Positions 9,931-19,885 of a stretch of 64,000 nt of DNA are shown piece by piece. Position 1 is the stretch's first letter. Each line of letters starts with the position of its first letter. A program made the translations under genes and the position numbers. The DNA comes from an uncultured actinomycete (GTDB lineage: Bacteria; Actinomycetota; Acidimicrobiia; Spongiisociales; UBA5794): NCBI GenBank assembly GCA_942491345.1, contig CALOAN010000042.1, positions 54,587 through 118,586 of the forward strand, read 5' to 3'. The notes under the pieces are model-generated. The model was not told where the DNA came from. It worked only from the letters and a program-made list of their open reading frames with translations, and did no database searches.

Positions 9931-10962
9931 ATGTCGCAAACCGGAATTGGCGTGATTGGAGCTGGCTACTGGGGACCCAACCTCGTTCGAAACTTCAACA
10001 GCAGCGAATCTGCGGACGTCCGCTGGGTCTGCGATATCGATGAGGATGCGGCGGCCCGGCTCGCTCGGCGTTTCGGTGTCGAACGATGGACGTCGTCACT
10101 TGATGATGTGCTTGCAGACGAGTCGGTCTCCGGGGTTGCGATCGCCACGCCGGCAGGAACCCACGGCCCCATCGCCGAGCGTTGCTTCGACGCCGGCAAG
10201 GACGTTCTTGTGGAGAAGCCGCTTGCAAACGACCTCGACGTGGGCCGGCGCCTGGTTGATCGGGCCGACGCCGAGGGGCGCGTGCTCATGACCGACCACA
10301 CCTTCTGCTACACGGGCACGGTCCAATACCTGCGCCAGGCGCTACGGGCCGGCGACATCGGTGATTTCCAGTACTACGACTCCGTGCGGATCAACTTGGG
10401 ACTCGTCCAATCCGATATCGACGTGATCTGGGACCTTGCTCCCCACGATCTCTCGATCCTCGACTTCATTCTTCCCGACGGCATCACGCCGGTGTCGGTC
10501 GCCGCACAAGGCTCCGACCCGTTGGGCGTCGGCCACCCGTGTGTTGCCTATGTGTCGATTCAGCTCTCCAACGGCGCCATTGCACACCTTCACCTCAACT
10601 GGCTCAGCCCGGTCAAGGTCCGCACCATCCTGATCGGAGGTTCGGACAGAATGATGGTGTGGGATGATCTGAAACCGACCCAGCGACTCAGCATCTACGA
10701 CAGCGGAGCGACGCTCGAGACCGATTCGGAGGCTGTGCGCCGCAGAGCTCTCGTTTCGTATCGCATCGGCGACATGGTGGCGCCCGCAATCTCTGAGACC
10801 GAAGCGCTTGCCCTCGTCGCGCAGGAGTTCGTTCAGTCGATCGAGAACCGATCGGCGCCCGCGACCGATGGCCACGCCGGATTGAGGGTCCTCGAGCTCC
10901 TCGAGGCAGCGAGGCGGAGTCTCGAAATGGACGGTTCACCGGTCACCGTCGCCGCATTGTGA
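9931..10962 (+). CDS. Gfo/Idh/MocA-family sugar-nucleotide oxidoreductase (WbpB-like UDP-GlcNAc(A) 3-dehydrogenase)
   Basis: MSQTGIGVIGAGYWGPNLVRNF Rossmann N-terminus; ATG at 9931 is in frame within ORF 9595..10962. Confidence 0.7.
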   Translation: MSQTGIGVIGAGYWGPNLVRNFNSSESADVRWVCDIDEDAAARLARRFGVERWTSSLDDVLADESVSGVAIATPAGTHGPIAERCFDAGKDVLVEKPLANDLDVGRRLVDRADAEGRVLMTDHTFCYTGTVQYLRQALRAGDIGDFQYYDSVRINLGLVQSDIDVIWDLAPHDLSILDFILPDGITPVSVAAQGSDPLGVGHPCVAYVSIQLSNGAIAHLHLNWLSPVKVRTILIGGSDRMMVWDDLKPTQRLSIYDSGATLETDSEAVRRRALVSYRIGDMVAPAISETEALALVAQEFVQSIENRSAPATDGHAGLRVLELLEAARRSLEMDGSPVTVAAL

Positions 10963-11483
10963 CGTTCGCAGCGCATCACCAGGCAATCGCCGATGACGTG
11001 GTGCTGGGCACCGACGTTCGGCTCTCATCGTTCATCAACCTCTACGGCTGCACGATCGGTGACGAGACGCTGATCGGCGCCTTCGTCGAGATCCAGCGGG
11101 GAGCCGTTGTCGGGGCTCGATGCAAGATCTCGAGCCATTCGTTCGTTTGTGAAGGCGTGACCATCGAGGATGAGTGCTTCATCGGCCATGGGGTGACATT
11201 CGTGAACGACATGTACCCGCGGGCGACGGCGCCGGACGGACGGCCGCAGACGAGCGACGATTGGACCGTGATCCCGACGGACGTCAAGCGGGGTGCCTCC
11301 ATCGGCTCGGGAGCGACCATCCTCGCGGGGCTCACGATCGGTGAACGTGCTCTGGTCGGCGCCGGTTCTGTTGTCACCACCGATGTGCCTCCGGGGTCCG
11401 TCGTTGCGGGAAACCCCGCACGTATCATCTCGAGTGCAGACACCGAGCCTTCGGAGGATCCCGATGAACGTCCCGTTTCTTGA
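10959..11483 (+). CDS. LbH sugar N-acetyltransferase (WbpD/WxcM-like)
   Basis: Hexapeptide repeats (LIGAFVEIQRGAVVGARCKISSHSFVCEGVTIEDECFIGHGVTF); overlaps upstream stop. Confidence 0.65.
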   Translation: MTFAAHHQAIADDVVLGTDVRLSSFINLYGCTIGDETLIGAFVEIQRGAVVGARCKISSHSFVCEGVTIEDECFIGHGVTFVNDMYPRATAPDGRPQTSDDWTVIPTDVKRGASIGSGATILAGLTIGERALVGAGSVVTTDVPPGSVVAGNPARIISSADTEPSEDPDERPVS

Positions 11484-12576
11484 CCTTGTCGCGCACCATC
11501 GCCCCTTCCGCGCCGACCTGATCGACAGCTTCTCGGAGATTCTCGATAGCGCTGCCTTCGTCAACGGATCCCGGGTCCGGAGTTTCGAGGAGGCCTTTGC
11601 CCACGCGCACGACGTGGAACACGCGGTGGCCGTGGGGAACGGGACCGTTGCCCTGGAGATCGCTCTCCGCTCGCTGGGTATCGGGGACGGGGACAGCGTG
11701 ATCGTTCCGGCGAACACGTTCATCGCGAGCGCCGAAGCCGTTTCGAACGTTGGTGCAACCCCCGTCCTGGTCGATTGTGACAACACAACCTGGAATATCT
11801 CGGTGACGGCCGTGGCGGCGGCGCTCGAAGCGCAGCCGGTTCAAGCCGTGATTGCGGTCCACCTCTATGGTCAGCCGGCTCCGATCGATGACCTCCTCAG
11901 CGTCATCGAGCCGTACGGCATCCCGCTTCTCGAGGATGCCGCACAGGCCCATCTCGCCGAGTACCGCGGGCGCAAGGTCGGCGGCTTGGGGACGATCGCC
12001 GGATTCTCGTTCTACCCGGGGAAGAACCTCGGCGCCGTCGGTGAGGGTGGTGCGGTCACGACGAACGATCCCGAACTCGCGGCGATGGCGCGCTCGTACC
12101 GTGACCACGGCCAGATCGAGAAGTACCGCAGCGGGGTCATCGGCACGAACGGAAGGATGAGCGAACTCGTCGGTGCCGGCCTGGGCCTCGAACTGGGCCA
12201 CCTCGACGCGTGGACAACCCGCAGACGCGAGGTCGCCGAACGCTACAACGAGCGGCTCTCATCGGTAGCCGGTCTGCAGCTGCCGACCGAACCATCGGAT
12301 GTGCGCTCGGTGTACCACCTGTATGTCGTGCATGCGGACAATCGCGACGAGATTCAGTCGCGGCTATCCGATGCCGGGATCGGCACCGGTCTCCACTATC
12401 CGATTCCCATCCATCTCCAGGCGGCGTACTCGTCGCTCGGCCTCGGGGCCGGTTCGTTCCCAAACGCCGAATGGAGCGCTGAACGACTGCTGTCACTCCC
12501 GATGTTCCCCGAGCTGACGGACGAGCAGGTCGACTACGTGTGTGACGCTGTGCGCGACGCCGTCGAGGCGGCGTGA
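11464..12576 (+). CDS. DegT/DnrJ/EryC1/StrS PLP-dependent sugar aminotransferase (WbpE-like)
   Basis: MNVPFLDLVAHHRPFRADL...GNGTVALEIAL; conserved fold-type I sugar aminotransferase N-terminus. Confidence 0.75.
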   Translation: MNVPFLDLVAHHRPFRADLIDSFSEILDSAAFVNGSRVRSFEEAFAHAHDVEHAVAVGNGTVALEIALRSLGIGDGDSVIVPANTFIASAEAVSNVGATPVLVDCDNTTWNISVTAVAAALEAQPVQAVIAVHLYGQPAPIDDLLSVIEPYGIPLLEDAAQAHLAEYRGRKVGGLGTIAGFSFYPGKNLGAVGEGGAVTTNDPELAAMARSYRDHGQIEKYRSGVIGTNGRMSELVGAGLGLELGHLDAWTTRRREVAERYNERLSSVAGLQLPTEPSDVRSVYHLYVVHADNRDEIQSRLSDAGIGTGLHYPIPIHLQAAYSSLGLGAGSFPNAEWSAERLLSLPMFPELTDEQVDYVCDAVRDAVEAA

Positions 12577-13568
12577 TGACTGCCGACGGAGCCGAACGGA
12601 TCGTTGTCACCGGCGGGGCGGGTTTCATCGGCTCGCACCTGGTCGAGCACCTTGCGCGCGAGACCGAAGCCTCGATCGTCGTGGTCGACGACCTGTCCAC
12701 CGGTTCCCGGGCCAACCTCGAGCCCGTCTCGGCCGATGTGGAGCTGATCGTCGGCGACTGCGCTCAGCGCGACATTGCGCAGGTCGCCGCCGACGCAGAT
12801 CTTGTCTTCCACCTCGCCGTCAGAAACGTGCGGGCCTCGATCGGCGATCCCCGTGAGAACCTGCGGGTGAACGCGACCGGCACCCTCGAGGTGCTCGAGG
12901 CGATGCGCGGGGGACGCCGGGGCCAGTTTGTGTATGTCTCATCCTCGGAGATCTACGGCGTGGCGGACACCGGGTCGTTCAGCGAAGACACGGTGCCGCA
13001 ACCCACCACCGTCTACGGGGCGGGCAAGCTGGCGGGAGAGCTCATCACCCTTGCCTACCACCGCACGTATGGCATGAACACGGCGGTGGTCCGGCCATTC
13101 AACAACTACGGACCACGCTCGCATTTCGAGGGCGATTCGGGAGAGGTGATTCCCAAGTTCATCCTCCGCGCACTCGCGTCAGAACCCCTCCACGTGCACG
13201 GAGACGGCACCCAAACACGCGACTTCATGTACGTAGAGGACACGGCCGCGTGGATCCTCGAACTCGCGCGCACCCCGGCGTTCGCCGGGGAGGTCGTCAA
13301 CATCGGATACGGTCTCGAGATTTCGGTCAACGACCTCGCAGCGGCGGTGCTGGAGATCACCGGTTCGGCGTCGGGAGTTGAATACGGTCCCGAGCGGCCG
13401 GGCGATCTGCCTCGACTCCTTGCAGACGTGACGAAGGTGTCGGGTCTGACAGCGTACGTTCCATCCGTCGGGTTCGAGGAAGGTCTGCGCCGCACGGTGG
13501 GGTACTTCGGCGGTCTTGGGGATCCCGCGACGCTCCTCGCCGAAGAGCAGTCGAGGAATTGGGCGTGA
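12573..13568 (+). CDS. NAD-dependent nucleotide-sugar epimerase/dehydratase
   Basis: RIVVTGGAGFIGSHLVEHL glycine-rich NAD motif and a YxxxK-type SDR core. Confidence 0.65.
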   Translation: MMTADGAERIVVTGGAGFIGSHLVEHLARETEASIVVVDDLSTGSRANLEPVSADVELIVGDCAQRDIAQVAADADLVFHLAVRNVRASIGDPRENLRVNATGTLEVLEAMRGGRRGQFVYVSSSEIYGVADTGSFSEDTVPQPTTVYGAGKLAGELITLAYHRTYGMNTAVVRPFNNYGPRSHFEGDSGEVIPKFILRALASEPLHVHGDGTQTRDFMYVEDTAAWILELARTPAFAGEVVNIGYGLEISVNDLAAAVLEITGSASGVEYGPERPGDLPRLLADVTKVSGLTAYVPSVGFEEGLRRTVGYFGGLGDPATLLAEEQSRNWA

Positions 13569-14689
13569 TTCCCGTCATGAAGCCGTGGTTGGGGGAGGAA
13601 GAGGTTCGTGCGTCGGCCGACGCCATCCGATCCGGGTGGGTGGCTCAGGGACCGCGGGTTGCGGCGTTCGAGAAAGAACTGTGCGAATTCGTCGGGAACC
13701 GGGAAGGCATCGCCGTGTCGTCCTGCACCACCGGACTCCATCTGGTCCTCCACGCCCTTGGAATCGGCGCAGGCGACGAGGTCATCGTGCCATCGCTGTC
13801 GTTCATCGCGACGGCGAATGCGCCCCGCTACGTAGGTGCCCAACCCATATTCGCCGACGTAGACGGCGTCACGCAGAACCTGACGCCGGAGACGATCGCT
13901 CAGGTCATGACGCCAAAGACGAAGGCAGTGATCCTCGTCCATCAGATCGGCATGCCCGCGGATCTCGACCCGATTCGCGACCTCTGTGCCGACCGCGAGA
14001 TCGCCTTGATCGAAGATGCCGCCTGCGCCATCGGATCGACCTATCGCGGCGCCCAGATCGGGAGTGCTCCAGGGACGGCAGTGTTCTCGTTCCATCCCCG
14101 AAAGCTCCTCACCACAGGTGAGGGCGGGATGATCGTCACCGACGCTCCCGATCTTGCCGAGCGCATGCGGACGCTGCGCCAGCACGCCATGAGCGTGTCG
14201 GCCGCCGACCGTCACGCTGCCGATCGCGTGATCGTGGAGGAGTACCCAGAGTTGGGGTTCAATTATCGACTGACCGACATCCAGGCCGCCATCGGCATCG
14301 TCCAGCTGGGCAAGGTCCCGGAAATGATCGCCCGGCGGAGGTATCTCGCCGGAATGTACGCGGATCGCCTTGCAGATGTCGATGGTGTATCGGTCCCGCG
14401 CGATCCCGACTACGGCACGACCAACTATCAGTCCTATTCCGTGGTCCTCGGTGAATCAATCCCGGTGACGCGGGACTTGGTGATGCAGCGCTTGATGGAA
14501 GCCGGCGTCTCGAGCCGGCGCGGGGTGATGGCCGCCCACCTGGAAGCGACATTCACGGGTCAGGCCCGGATACCCCTGCCGGAGACCGAACGCTTGAGCG
14601 AGCGGTCGATCATCTTGCCGCTGTACCACGAGATGACGGAAGAGGACATCGAGACGGTGGTCGACCGGTTCCGTATCGCCCTTCGCTGA
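13559..14689 (+). CDS. second DegT-family sugar aminotransferase
   Basis: MKPWLGEEEVRASADAIRSGWVAQGPRVAAFEKEL; PLP-dependent aminotransferase fold. Confidence 0.7.
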   Translation: MGVIPVMKPWLGEEEVRASADAIRSGWVAQGPRVAAFEKELCEFVGNREGIAVSSCTTGLHLVLHALGIGAGDEVIVPSLSFIATANAPRYVGAQPIFADVDGVTQNLTPETIAQVMTPKTKAVILVHQIGMPADLDPIRDLCADREIALIEDAACAIGSTYRGAQIGSAPGTAVFSFHPRKLLTTGEGGMIVTDAPDLAERMRTLRQHAMSVSAADRHAADRVIVEEYPELGFNYRLTDIQAAIGIVQLGKVPEMIARRRYLAGMYADRLADVDGVSVPRDPDYGTTNYQSYSVVLGESIPVTRDLVMQRLMEAGVSSRRGVMAAHLEATFTGQARIPLPETERLSERSIILPLYHEMTEEDIETVVDRFRIALR

Positions 14690-14706
14690 CGTCCGCCGAC
14701 CTGTCG

Positions 14707-15753
14707 CTAGGAAACGAAGGCACGCCAGCGGTCGGCTGCGCTCGCGTCGGCACGGACGATCCAACGCTCGGCCCGCTCCACGGCCTCGCCGGCATGATCG
14801 ATGAGGCGGCGCGTCGCATTCGCGATCTCCGACGGGTCGTCCGGGATCTCGACCGTCGTGAGGCCCCACAACCTGCCGTCACTTCGGAACACGTCGGACG
14901 TGCGGGAAATCAACGCCGGCACACCCGTCTGGTACGACTCGATCGGCGAAAGCGGGTGGCACTCCGACAACGTGACGTAGAGATTGATGTCCATCGACGC
15001 CTGGAGAGAGACGAAATCGCCCCACGGGATCTCGCCGTGGTCGACGAGGTGCAGGTGATCCAGGTATTCGACGTCCGGTCGTCGCATCACATGCGCCGTT
15101 GCATCGTCGATCAGTGCAACAGCGCCGAGTTGGGTTACGACGTTCTTTCGCCAGAACGGTTCGGCGAAGATCCCGACGTTGAGGCCCGGTCCAACGTCGC
15201 GTGCCTCGTACGACGGGAGATCCGGCGCCCGGTTTGGCACATACGATGCCGGGTATCCGAGAGCGGTGAACGACTCGGCGAGACCTGCCTTCACGAACCC
15301 CACGCGATCTAGAAGCCCGCCGCCGGCAAGCGCAAGAACTTCGTTTGCGACGGCGGCCTCACCGGCTTCGGCGCCGTGCTGGGTCATCGACGAATGGAGC
15401 ACCACGCGGGTGCCTATGCCGGCTCCGTGAGCCGCACGGATGAACGAGCCCGAGCCGGGGGGGAATCCATGGACGACGACGGTTGCAGTGTTGCTGTCGC
15501 GCAGCCCGGCGATGATCTCGTCTTTCCATCGGTCGAGATCGTCGCACTCGATTGTGGGCTCGCGAAAGGTGTACGCCGCGGTTCGCACGCCCCGCCAGTC
15601 GGGGTGGCACACGACGACCACCGCCGGATCGCCCGGATTGAGACCGTCCCACGACCCAAACGACAGAACCGGAGGGCGGTCGTCGGCCGGAGCTTCGGCT
15701 GGTGCATCGGTTGGTGCTGTCGCGGCGAATCGCCGCCTGAGGATCTCACGCAT
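14707..15753 (-). CDS. putative GT-B glycosyltransferase (group 1-like)
   Basis: C-terminal ESYQTGVPALISRTS resembles the GT4 E-x7-E region; otherwise weak. Confidence 0.4.
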   Translation of the reverse strand: MREILRRRFAATAPTDAPAEAPADDRPPVLSFGSWDGLNPGDPAVVVVCHPDWRGVRTAAYTFREPTIECDDLDRWKDEIIAGLRDSNTATVVVHGFPPGSGSFIRAAHGAGIGTRVVLHSSMTQHGAEAGEAAVANEVLALAGGGLLDRVGFVKAGLAESFTALGYPASYVPNRAPDLPSYEARDVGPGLNVGIFAEPFWRKNVVTQLGAVALIDDATAHVMRRPDVEYLDHLHLVDHGEIPWGDFVSLQASMDINLYVTLSECHPLSPIESYQTGVPALISRTSDVFRSDGRLWGLTTVEIPDDPSEIANATRRLIDHAGEAVERAERWIVRADASAADRWRAFVS

Positions 15754-16849
15754 CGATCATGTTCCTTATGGCATCAACGGACCGCTGGGACGCCGACCCG
15801 TCGCCGTAGGGGCTTGGGGTATCAGCGAGCCGGCTGTGAACCGCGGCGAGGTCGGCTGCCCACTCGCTGGCGACACGGGAGATGTCGGGACCGGGATCGA
15901 CCCGCTCAGCGAATGTCCCGATGACTTCGGGCCGTTCCGTCGACCGCCGCACGACGAGGACCGGGCGTTTGTAGACGGACACTTCCTCCTGAACGCCACC
16001 GGAGTCGGAGACGAGGAACGCCGACTCGGCACCCAGCCCGAGGAACTCGCGGTAGCCGATCGGTTCGACGACCATGACCCGGTCGAGGAGGCTCCCGAGC
16101 CCGGCCGAGGCGACACGGGCGACGGCACGCGGGTGGAGCGGGAGCAGCACCGGGAAGGGGAGCGCCGCAAGCTCCTCGAGGATGGACTCGAGAACGTCCG
16201 GGTCGTCGACATTCTCCGGACGGTGGAAGGTGCTGAGCACGAACCGGCCGGGTGTCACTCCGAACGACACAGCCAGCGCGCGGCGTTCTTCGGCGTCCGG
16301 CATGAGCTCACGTACCGCCTCCACAACGGTGTTGCCGGTGACGACGATTCGCTCATCCGGGATCCCTTCGGCCAGCAGATTGGCACGGCTCGTCTCCGTG
16401 GGCGCGAGCAGGAGATCTGCGAGGTGGTCGGTGACGACCCGGTTGTGCTCCTCGGGCATTCGCCGGTCATTGCTGCGGAGACCGGCTTCGACGTGCACGA
16501 CCGGTACTTCACGGGCATTTGCGGCGAGCGCCGCCGCCAGGACGGTGTTGGTGTCGCCCTGGACAACCACGGCTGCCGGCCGCATCTCCTCGAAGACCCC
16601 GTCGAGTGCGGTCACGGCGAGGCCGATCTGACGCCCGCGGGATTCGCCGCCGATCTCGAGGAATACCTTGGGCTCCGGCAGATTGAGCTGCTCGAAGAAC
16701 GAGTCGGACAGACCCGGGTCATAGTGCTGGCCGGTGTGCACAACGACGCCGTCGTCGCCGAGGATTCTCGTGATGTGCGCCAGTTTGACGATCTCCGGCC
16801 TGGTGCCGAGAACCACCATGATCGGTCCGTTCGAATCTCGGCCCATCAA
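15746..16849 (-). CDS. wecB: UDP-N-acetylglucosamine 2-epimerase (non-hydrolysing)
   Basis: MVVLGTRPEIVKLAHI...HTGQHYDPGLSDSFF signature. Confidence 0.8.
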   Translation of the reverse strand: MMGRDSNGPIMVVLGTRPEIVKLAHITRILGDDGVVVHTGQHYDPGLSDSFFEQLNLPEPKVFLEIGGESRGRQIGLAVTALDGVFEEMRPAAVVVQGDTNTVLAAALAANAREVPVVHVEAGLRSNDRRMPEEHNRVVTDHLADLLLAPTETSRANLLAEGIPDERIVVTGNTVVEAVRELMPDAEERRALAVSFGVTPGRFVLSTFHRPENVDDPDVLESILEELAALPFPVLLPLHPRAVARVASAGLGSLLDRVMVVEPIGYREFLGLGAESAFLVSDSGGVQEEVSVYKRPVLVVRRSTERPEVIGTFAERVDPGPDISRVASEWAADLAAVHSRLADTPSPYGDGSASQRSVDAIRNMIDA

Positions 16850-16884
16850 CTCTGTCGCTCCTCGGTCGGTACGCTTCGGCCGTC

Positions 16885-18126
16885 ATGCTACGGGTTCTCG
16901 CAAAGACGGCGCAGATGATCGTGCTCTCGATCGCCGGGTACAACGCGGTTGTTGCGCTGTGGGGATGGAGAAACCGCCCCGCCGCCGCGCCGGGTTCCGG
17001 CTGGCGGCGGCTGCGGATCGTCGTGCCGGCCCATGATGAGGAGGCCGTGATCTCCGGGATCCTTGGAGACCTCGCATCGGACACATATCCGGCAGCTGAG
17101 GTCGTGGTTCTTGCGGATCGCTGCACCGATCAGACGGCGGAGGTCGCCGCCGGCAGGGGAGTGACAGCGGTGGAGCGTTTGAGCGGACCGGGAGGAAAAG
17201 GGGCAGCGCTCTCGTGGTACCTCGATGCCTATCCCCTCGACGATGATGAGGCGCTGGTGGTATTCGATGCCGACAATCGGCTGCCACCTCGAGCTTTGAC
17301 GAGGATCGCCGACGAACTCGACGCCGGCCATGAAATCGTTCAGTGCTATCTCGACGTCGAGAACCCGGATGGATCCGTGCTCGCCACCGCTTCGGCGATG
17401 TCGTATTGGGCCGGGAACCGGATGGTGCAGTTGGCACGCGACAATCTTGGCTGGTCGAGCGACCTCGGTGGCACCGGGATGGCGTTCACCGCAGAGGCGC
17501 TGGATCGGATCGGCGGATTCGGGACCTCACTCACGGAGGACCAGGAGATCGGAGTGCGGGCAGCGCTGGCCGACCTCCGCGTGGCCTGGCTCCACGATGT
17601 GAGGATCCGCGATGAGAAGCCGACCGGCCTGACGACCACCGTCCGACAGCGATCCCGATGGATGTCCGGAAAACGCGAGGTGGCGAAGTTGTACCTGCGA
17701 CCCTTGTGGTCGGCGGCGGTCGAGCGCCGGTCCTTCCGCCTGTTCGACCAGGGGCTCAGGCTCGTCCAACCGGGACGCTCGTTCGTGGCGCTCCTGTCCG
17801 GTCTGTTGGCAGTCGCTGCCGTAGCGACCCGAAGCCGCCTCCTGCTCTCACCGTGGATCTGGGTCACAGCAGCGGTCGGGCAGTTCGCGCAGCCGATCCC
17901 CTTCCTGCTCCGCGACGGTGTCTCGCCCCGCTACGTGGTGCGATACCCGTTCCTTGCCGTCCTCGCCGCCCTCTGGATCCCCATCCGCCTGGTGAGCAGC
18001 CGAATCAACGGTGACTGGTTCCACACCCCGCATGGAGAAGCAACAAACCCCCAGTCTTCGCCTCCCCCACGGAGTGGGGAGGCGCGAGCACCGGCCGCTA
18101 GGCCGGAGCGGAGCGGAGGGGGCTGA
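16885..18126 (+). CDS. processive GT2 synthase-type glycosyltransferase (PgaC/cellulose-synthase-like); last ~22 codons derive from the adjacent repeat array
   Basis: DxD region (VVFDADNRL), QxxRW motif (RQRSRWMSG) and multiple TM segments; ORF runs into the repeat beginning ~18060. Confidence 0.6.
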   Translation: MLRVLAKTAQMIVLSIAGYNAVVALWGWRNRPAAAPGSGWRRLRIVVPAHDEEAVISGILGDLASDTYPAAEVVVLADRCTDQTAEVAAGRGVTAVERLSGPGGKGAALSWYLDAYPLDDDEALVVFDADNRLPPRALTRIADELDAGHEIVQCYLDVENPDGSVLATASAMSYWAGNRMVQLARDNLGWSSDLGGTGMAFTAEALDRIGGFGTSLTEDQEIGVRAALADLRVAWLHDVRIRDEKPTGLTTTVRQRSRWMSGKREVAKLYLRPLWSAAVERRSFRLFDQGLRLVQPGRSFVALLSGLLAVAAVATRSRLLLSPWIWVTAAVGQFAQPIPFLLRDGVSPRYVVRYPFLAVLAALWIPIRLVSSRINGDWFHTPHGEATNPQSSPPPRSGEARAPAARPERSGGG

Positions 18127-18860
18127 GAGGTTGGCGGGACGGTGCAGTTGAGCGGTCCGCGGTGTTTGTCGGCGGAGTGGGGGAGGCGCGTGTACCGGAC
18201 GCTAGGCCGGAGCGGAGCGGAGGGGGCTGAGAGGTTGGCGGGACGGTGCCGTGGAGCGGTCCGCGCTGGTTGTCGTCGGGGGCGGGAGGCGCGAGCACCG
18301 GCCGCTAGGCCGGAGCGGAGCGGAGGGGGCTGAGAGGTTGGCGGGACGGTGCAGTTGAGCGGTCCGCGGTGGTTGTCGGCGGAGTGGGGGAGGCGCGAGC
18401 ACCGGCCGCTAGGCCGGAGCGGAGCGGAGGGGGCTGAGAGGTTGGCGGGACGGGTGCTCCGCGGATGGGCCTCATCTTCGCGTTTCGGGCTCCCAGGCGG
18501 CCCCCTCTGCGACCGGACTCCGTCCGGTCGCGTCTCCCCCACCTTGACGGTGGGGGAGACGAAGGAGCGCGCCGTGACGATGTGGGGGAAAGGGCTGAGA
18601 GGTTGGCGGGACGGGTGCTCCGCGGATGGGCCTCATCTTCGCGTTTCGGGCTCCCAGGCGGCCCCCTCTGCGACCGGACTCCGTCCGGTCGCGTCTCCCC
18701 CACCTTGACGGTGGGGGAGACGAAGGAGCGCGCCGTGACGATGTGGGGGAGGCGAAGGAGCGCGCCGTGGCGATGTGGGGGAGGCGAAGTGGGGGGGAGG
18801 CGAAGGAGCGCGCCGTGGCGATGTGGGGGAGGCGAAGAGAGCCGCTAGCGGCTCTCTTCC
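18060..18860. repeat. composite intergenic repeat array: ~4 x ~105-bp direct repeats, 2 x ~160-bp units each carrying two perfect palindromes, then short 32-bp repeats
   Basis: Direct inspection: aggcgcgagcaccggccgctaggccggagcggagcggagggggctgagaggttggcgggacggtgc recurs. Hairpins gaccggactccgtccggtc and gtctcccccaccttgacggtgggggagac occur twice. Confidence 0.85.
18838..18857. terminator. perfect 20-bp palindrome (gagagccgctagcggctctc) containing the TAG stop of the downstream minus-strand GT2 gene; possible bidirectional terminator
   Basis: Self-complementary sequence read directly; no U-tract, so function is inferred. Confidence 0.3.
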
Positions 18861-19834
18861 TTCAAATAGGCCACGGCACCGGGTCCTCTCACCAGGCCTT
18901 GGAGCACGCCGAGGCCGTACGACGTGTGCATGATCATGGCGGCGGCCATCACGCGGCCAATCGACTCACCGGAACGGATTGCCACTGTGCCGACGACGGT
19001 GAGCCATGATCCGAGCCCGAAGAGGAACGGCCACGACTTCTTGGTGATCATCCCGGCAACGGCGGTGCTGGTCAACCCGACGACGAGGACGGCGGGCGCC
19101 AGCGGGCGCGGCGAGGGGAGCCGACCATTGATCCACAGCATCTCCGACTTGCCGAGTCCGTACCGGTAGTACTGGTTCCACAGCGCCCCAGGATTCTGCC
19201 GCGGCGTGTACTCCGAGTGGATCACCGGATCGACGACCACCTTCCTGCCCGTGCGGTTCCAGCGGTGATAGAAGTCGGCATCCTCGGCGGCACCCGACGG
19301 GAACGCTCGGAAACCACCGAGGTCGAGGAAATCCTCCCTCGGGAACGCACCGAGATACACCGTGTCGACCTCTTCGCGGCGGTCGGCGTGATGAAAACGA
19401 GCCGGACCCATCGTGAGCCGGCTGTTCATTGCCGCGGCGACGGCACGGCCGAATGGGTTCGTTCCGACCGGGTTCATTCGCCCGCCCGCGGCCGCCCCAG
19501 TCTCGATGACGGTCTTGACCGACTGGCGCACGTAGTCGGCTGCGTAGTGGGTATGGCCGTCGGCGCGCACCAAGAAGGGAGCGCCTGACGCCTCCGCGGC
19601 TGCATTCAAGCCGTACGACTGAACTCGGCGATCGTTGTCGATCACCGTGACGTTCGGCGTTGAAACCGTCCACTGTTCGAGCTTCTCGCGCGTCCCGTCG
19701 GTGGACCCACCGTCGGCGATGATGACGTCGAGGGGTCCTGCGTAGTCCTGCCCGATGAGGGAGGTGAGCGTTCCGTCGATCGTCTCGACCTCGTTGAAGA
19801 CCGGGAGGATGATGGTCACAGGCGGTTGCGGCAT
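18845..19834 (-). CDS. GT2 glycosyltransferase
   Basis: VTIILPVFNEVETIDGTLTSLIGQDYAGPLDVIIADGGSTDGT GT2-A motifs. Confidence 0.7.
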   Translation of the reverse strand: MPQPPVTIILPVFNEVETIDGTLTSLIGQDYAGPLDVIIADGGSTDGTREKLEQWTVSTPNVTVIDNDRRVQSYGLNAAAEASGAPFLVRADGHTHYAADYVRQSVKTVIETGAAAGGRMNPVGTNPFGRAVAAAMNSRLTMGPARFHHADRREEVDTVYLGAFPREDFLDLGGFRAFPSGAAEDADFYHRWNRTGRKVVVDPVIHSEYTPRQNPGALWNQYYRYGLGKSEMLWINGRLPSPRPLAPAVLVVGLTSTAVAGMITKKSWPFLFGLGSWLTVVGTVAIRSGESIGRVMAAAMIMHTSYGLGVLQGLVRGPGAVAYLKEESR

Positions 19835-19885
19835 TACGGCCGAAGGTTACCGGCACAGCGGTCACGTCGTTATCGTGCCGCGTGT

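Noticed and set aside
15440-16918. 492-aa plus-strand ORF and other long antisense ORFs (4749..5585-, 19862..21259-, 24978..25931-, 27415..28278-, 44087..45805-)
   Set aside because: Each lies antisense to a well-supported gene, is Arg/Pro/Gly-rich as expected from high-GC noise, and lacks recognisable motifs.
18060-18860. Possible CRISPR array
   Set aside because: Units are tandem or nested direct repeats with no unique spacers of regular length, the repeats vary in length (105, 160 and 32 bp), and no cas genes are nearby.
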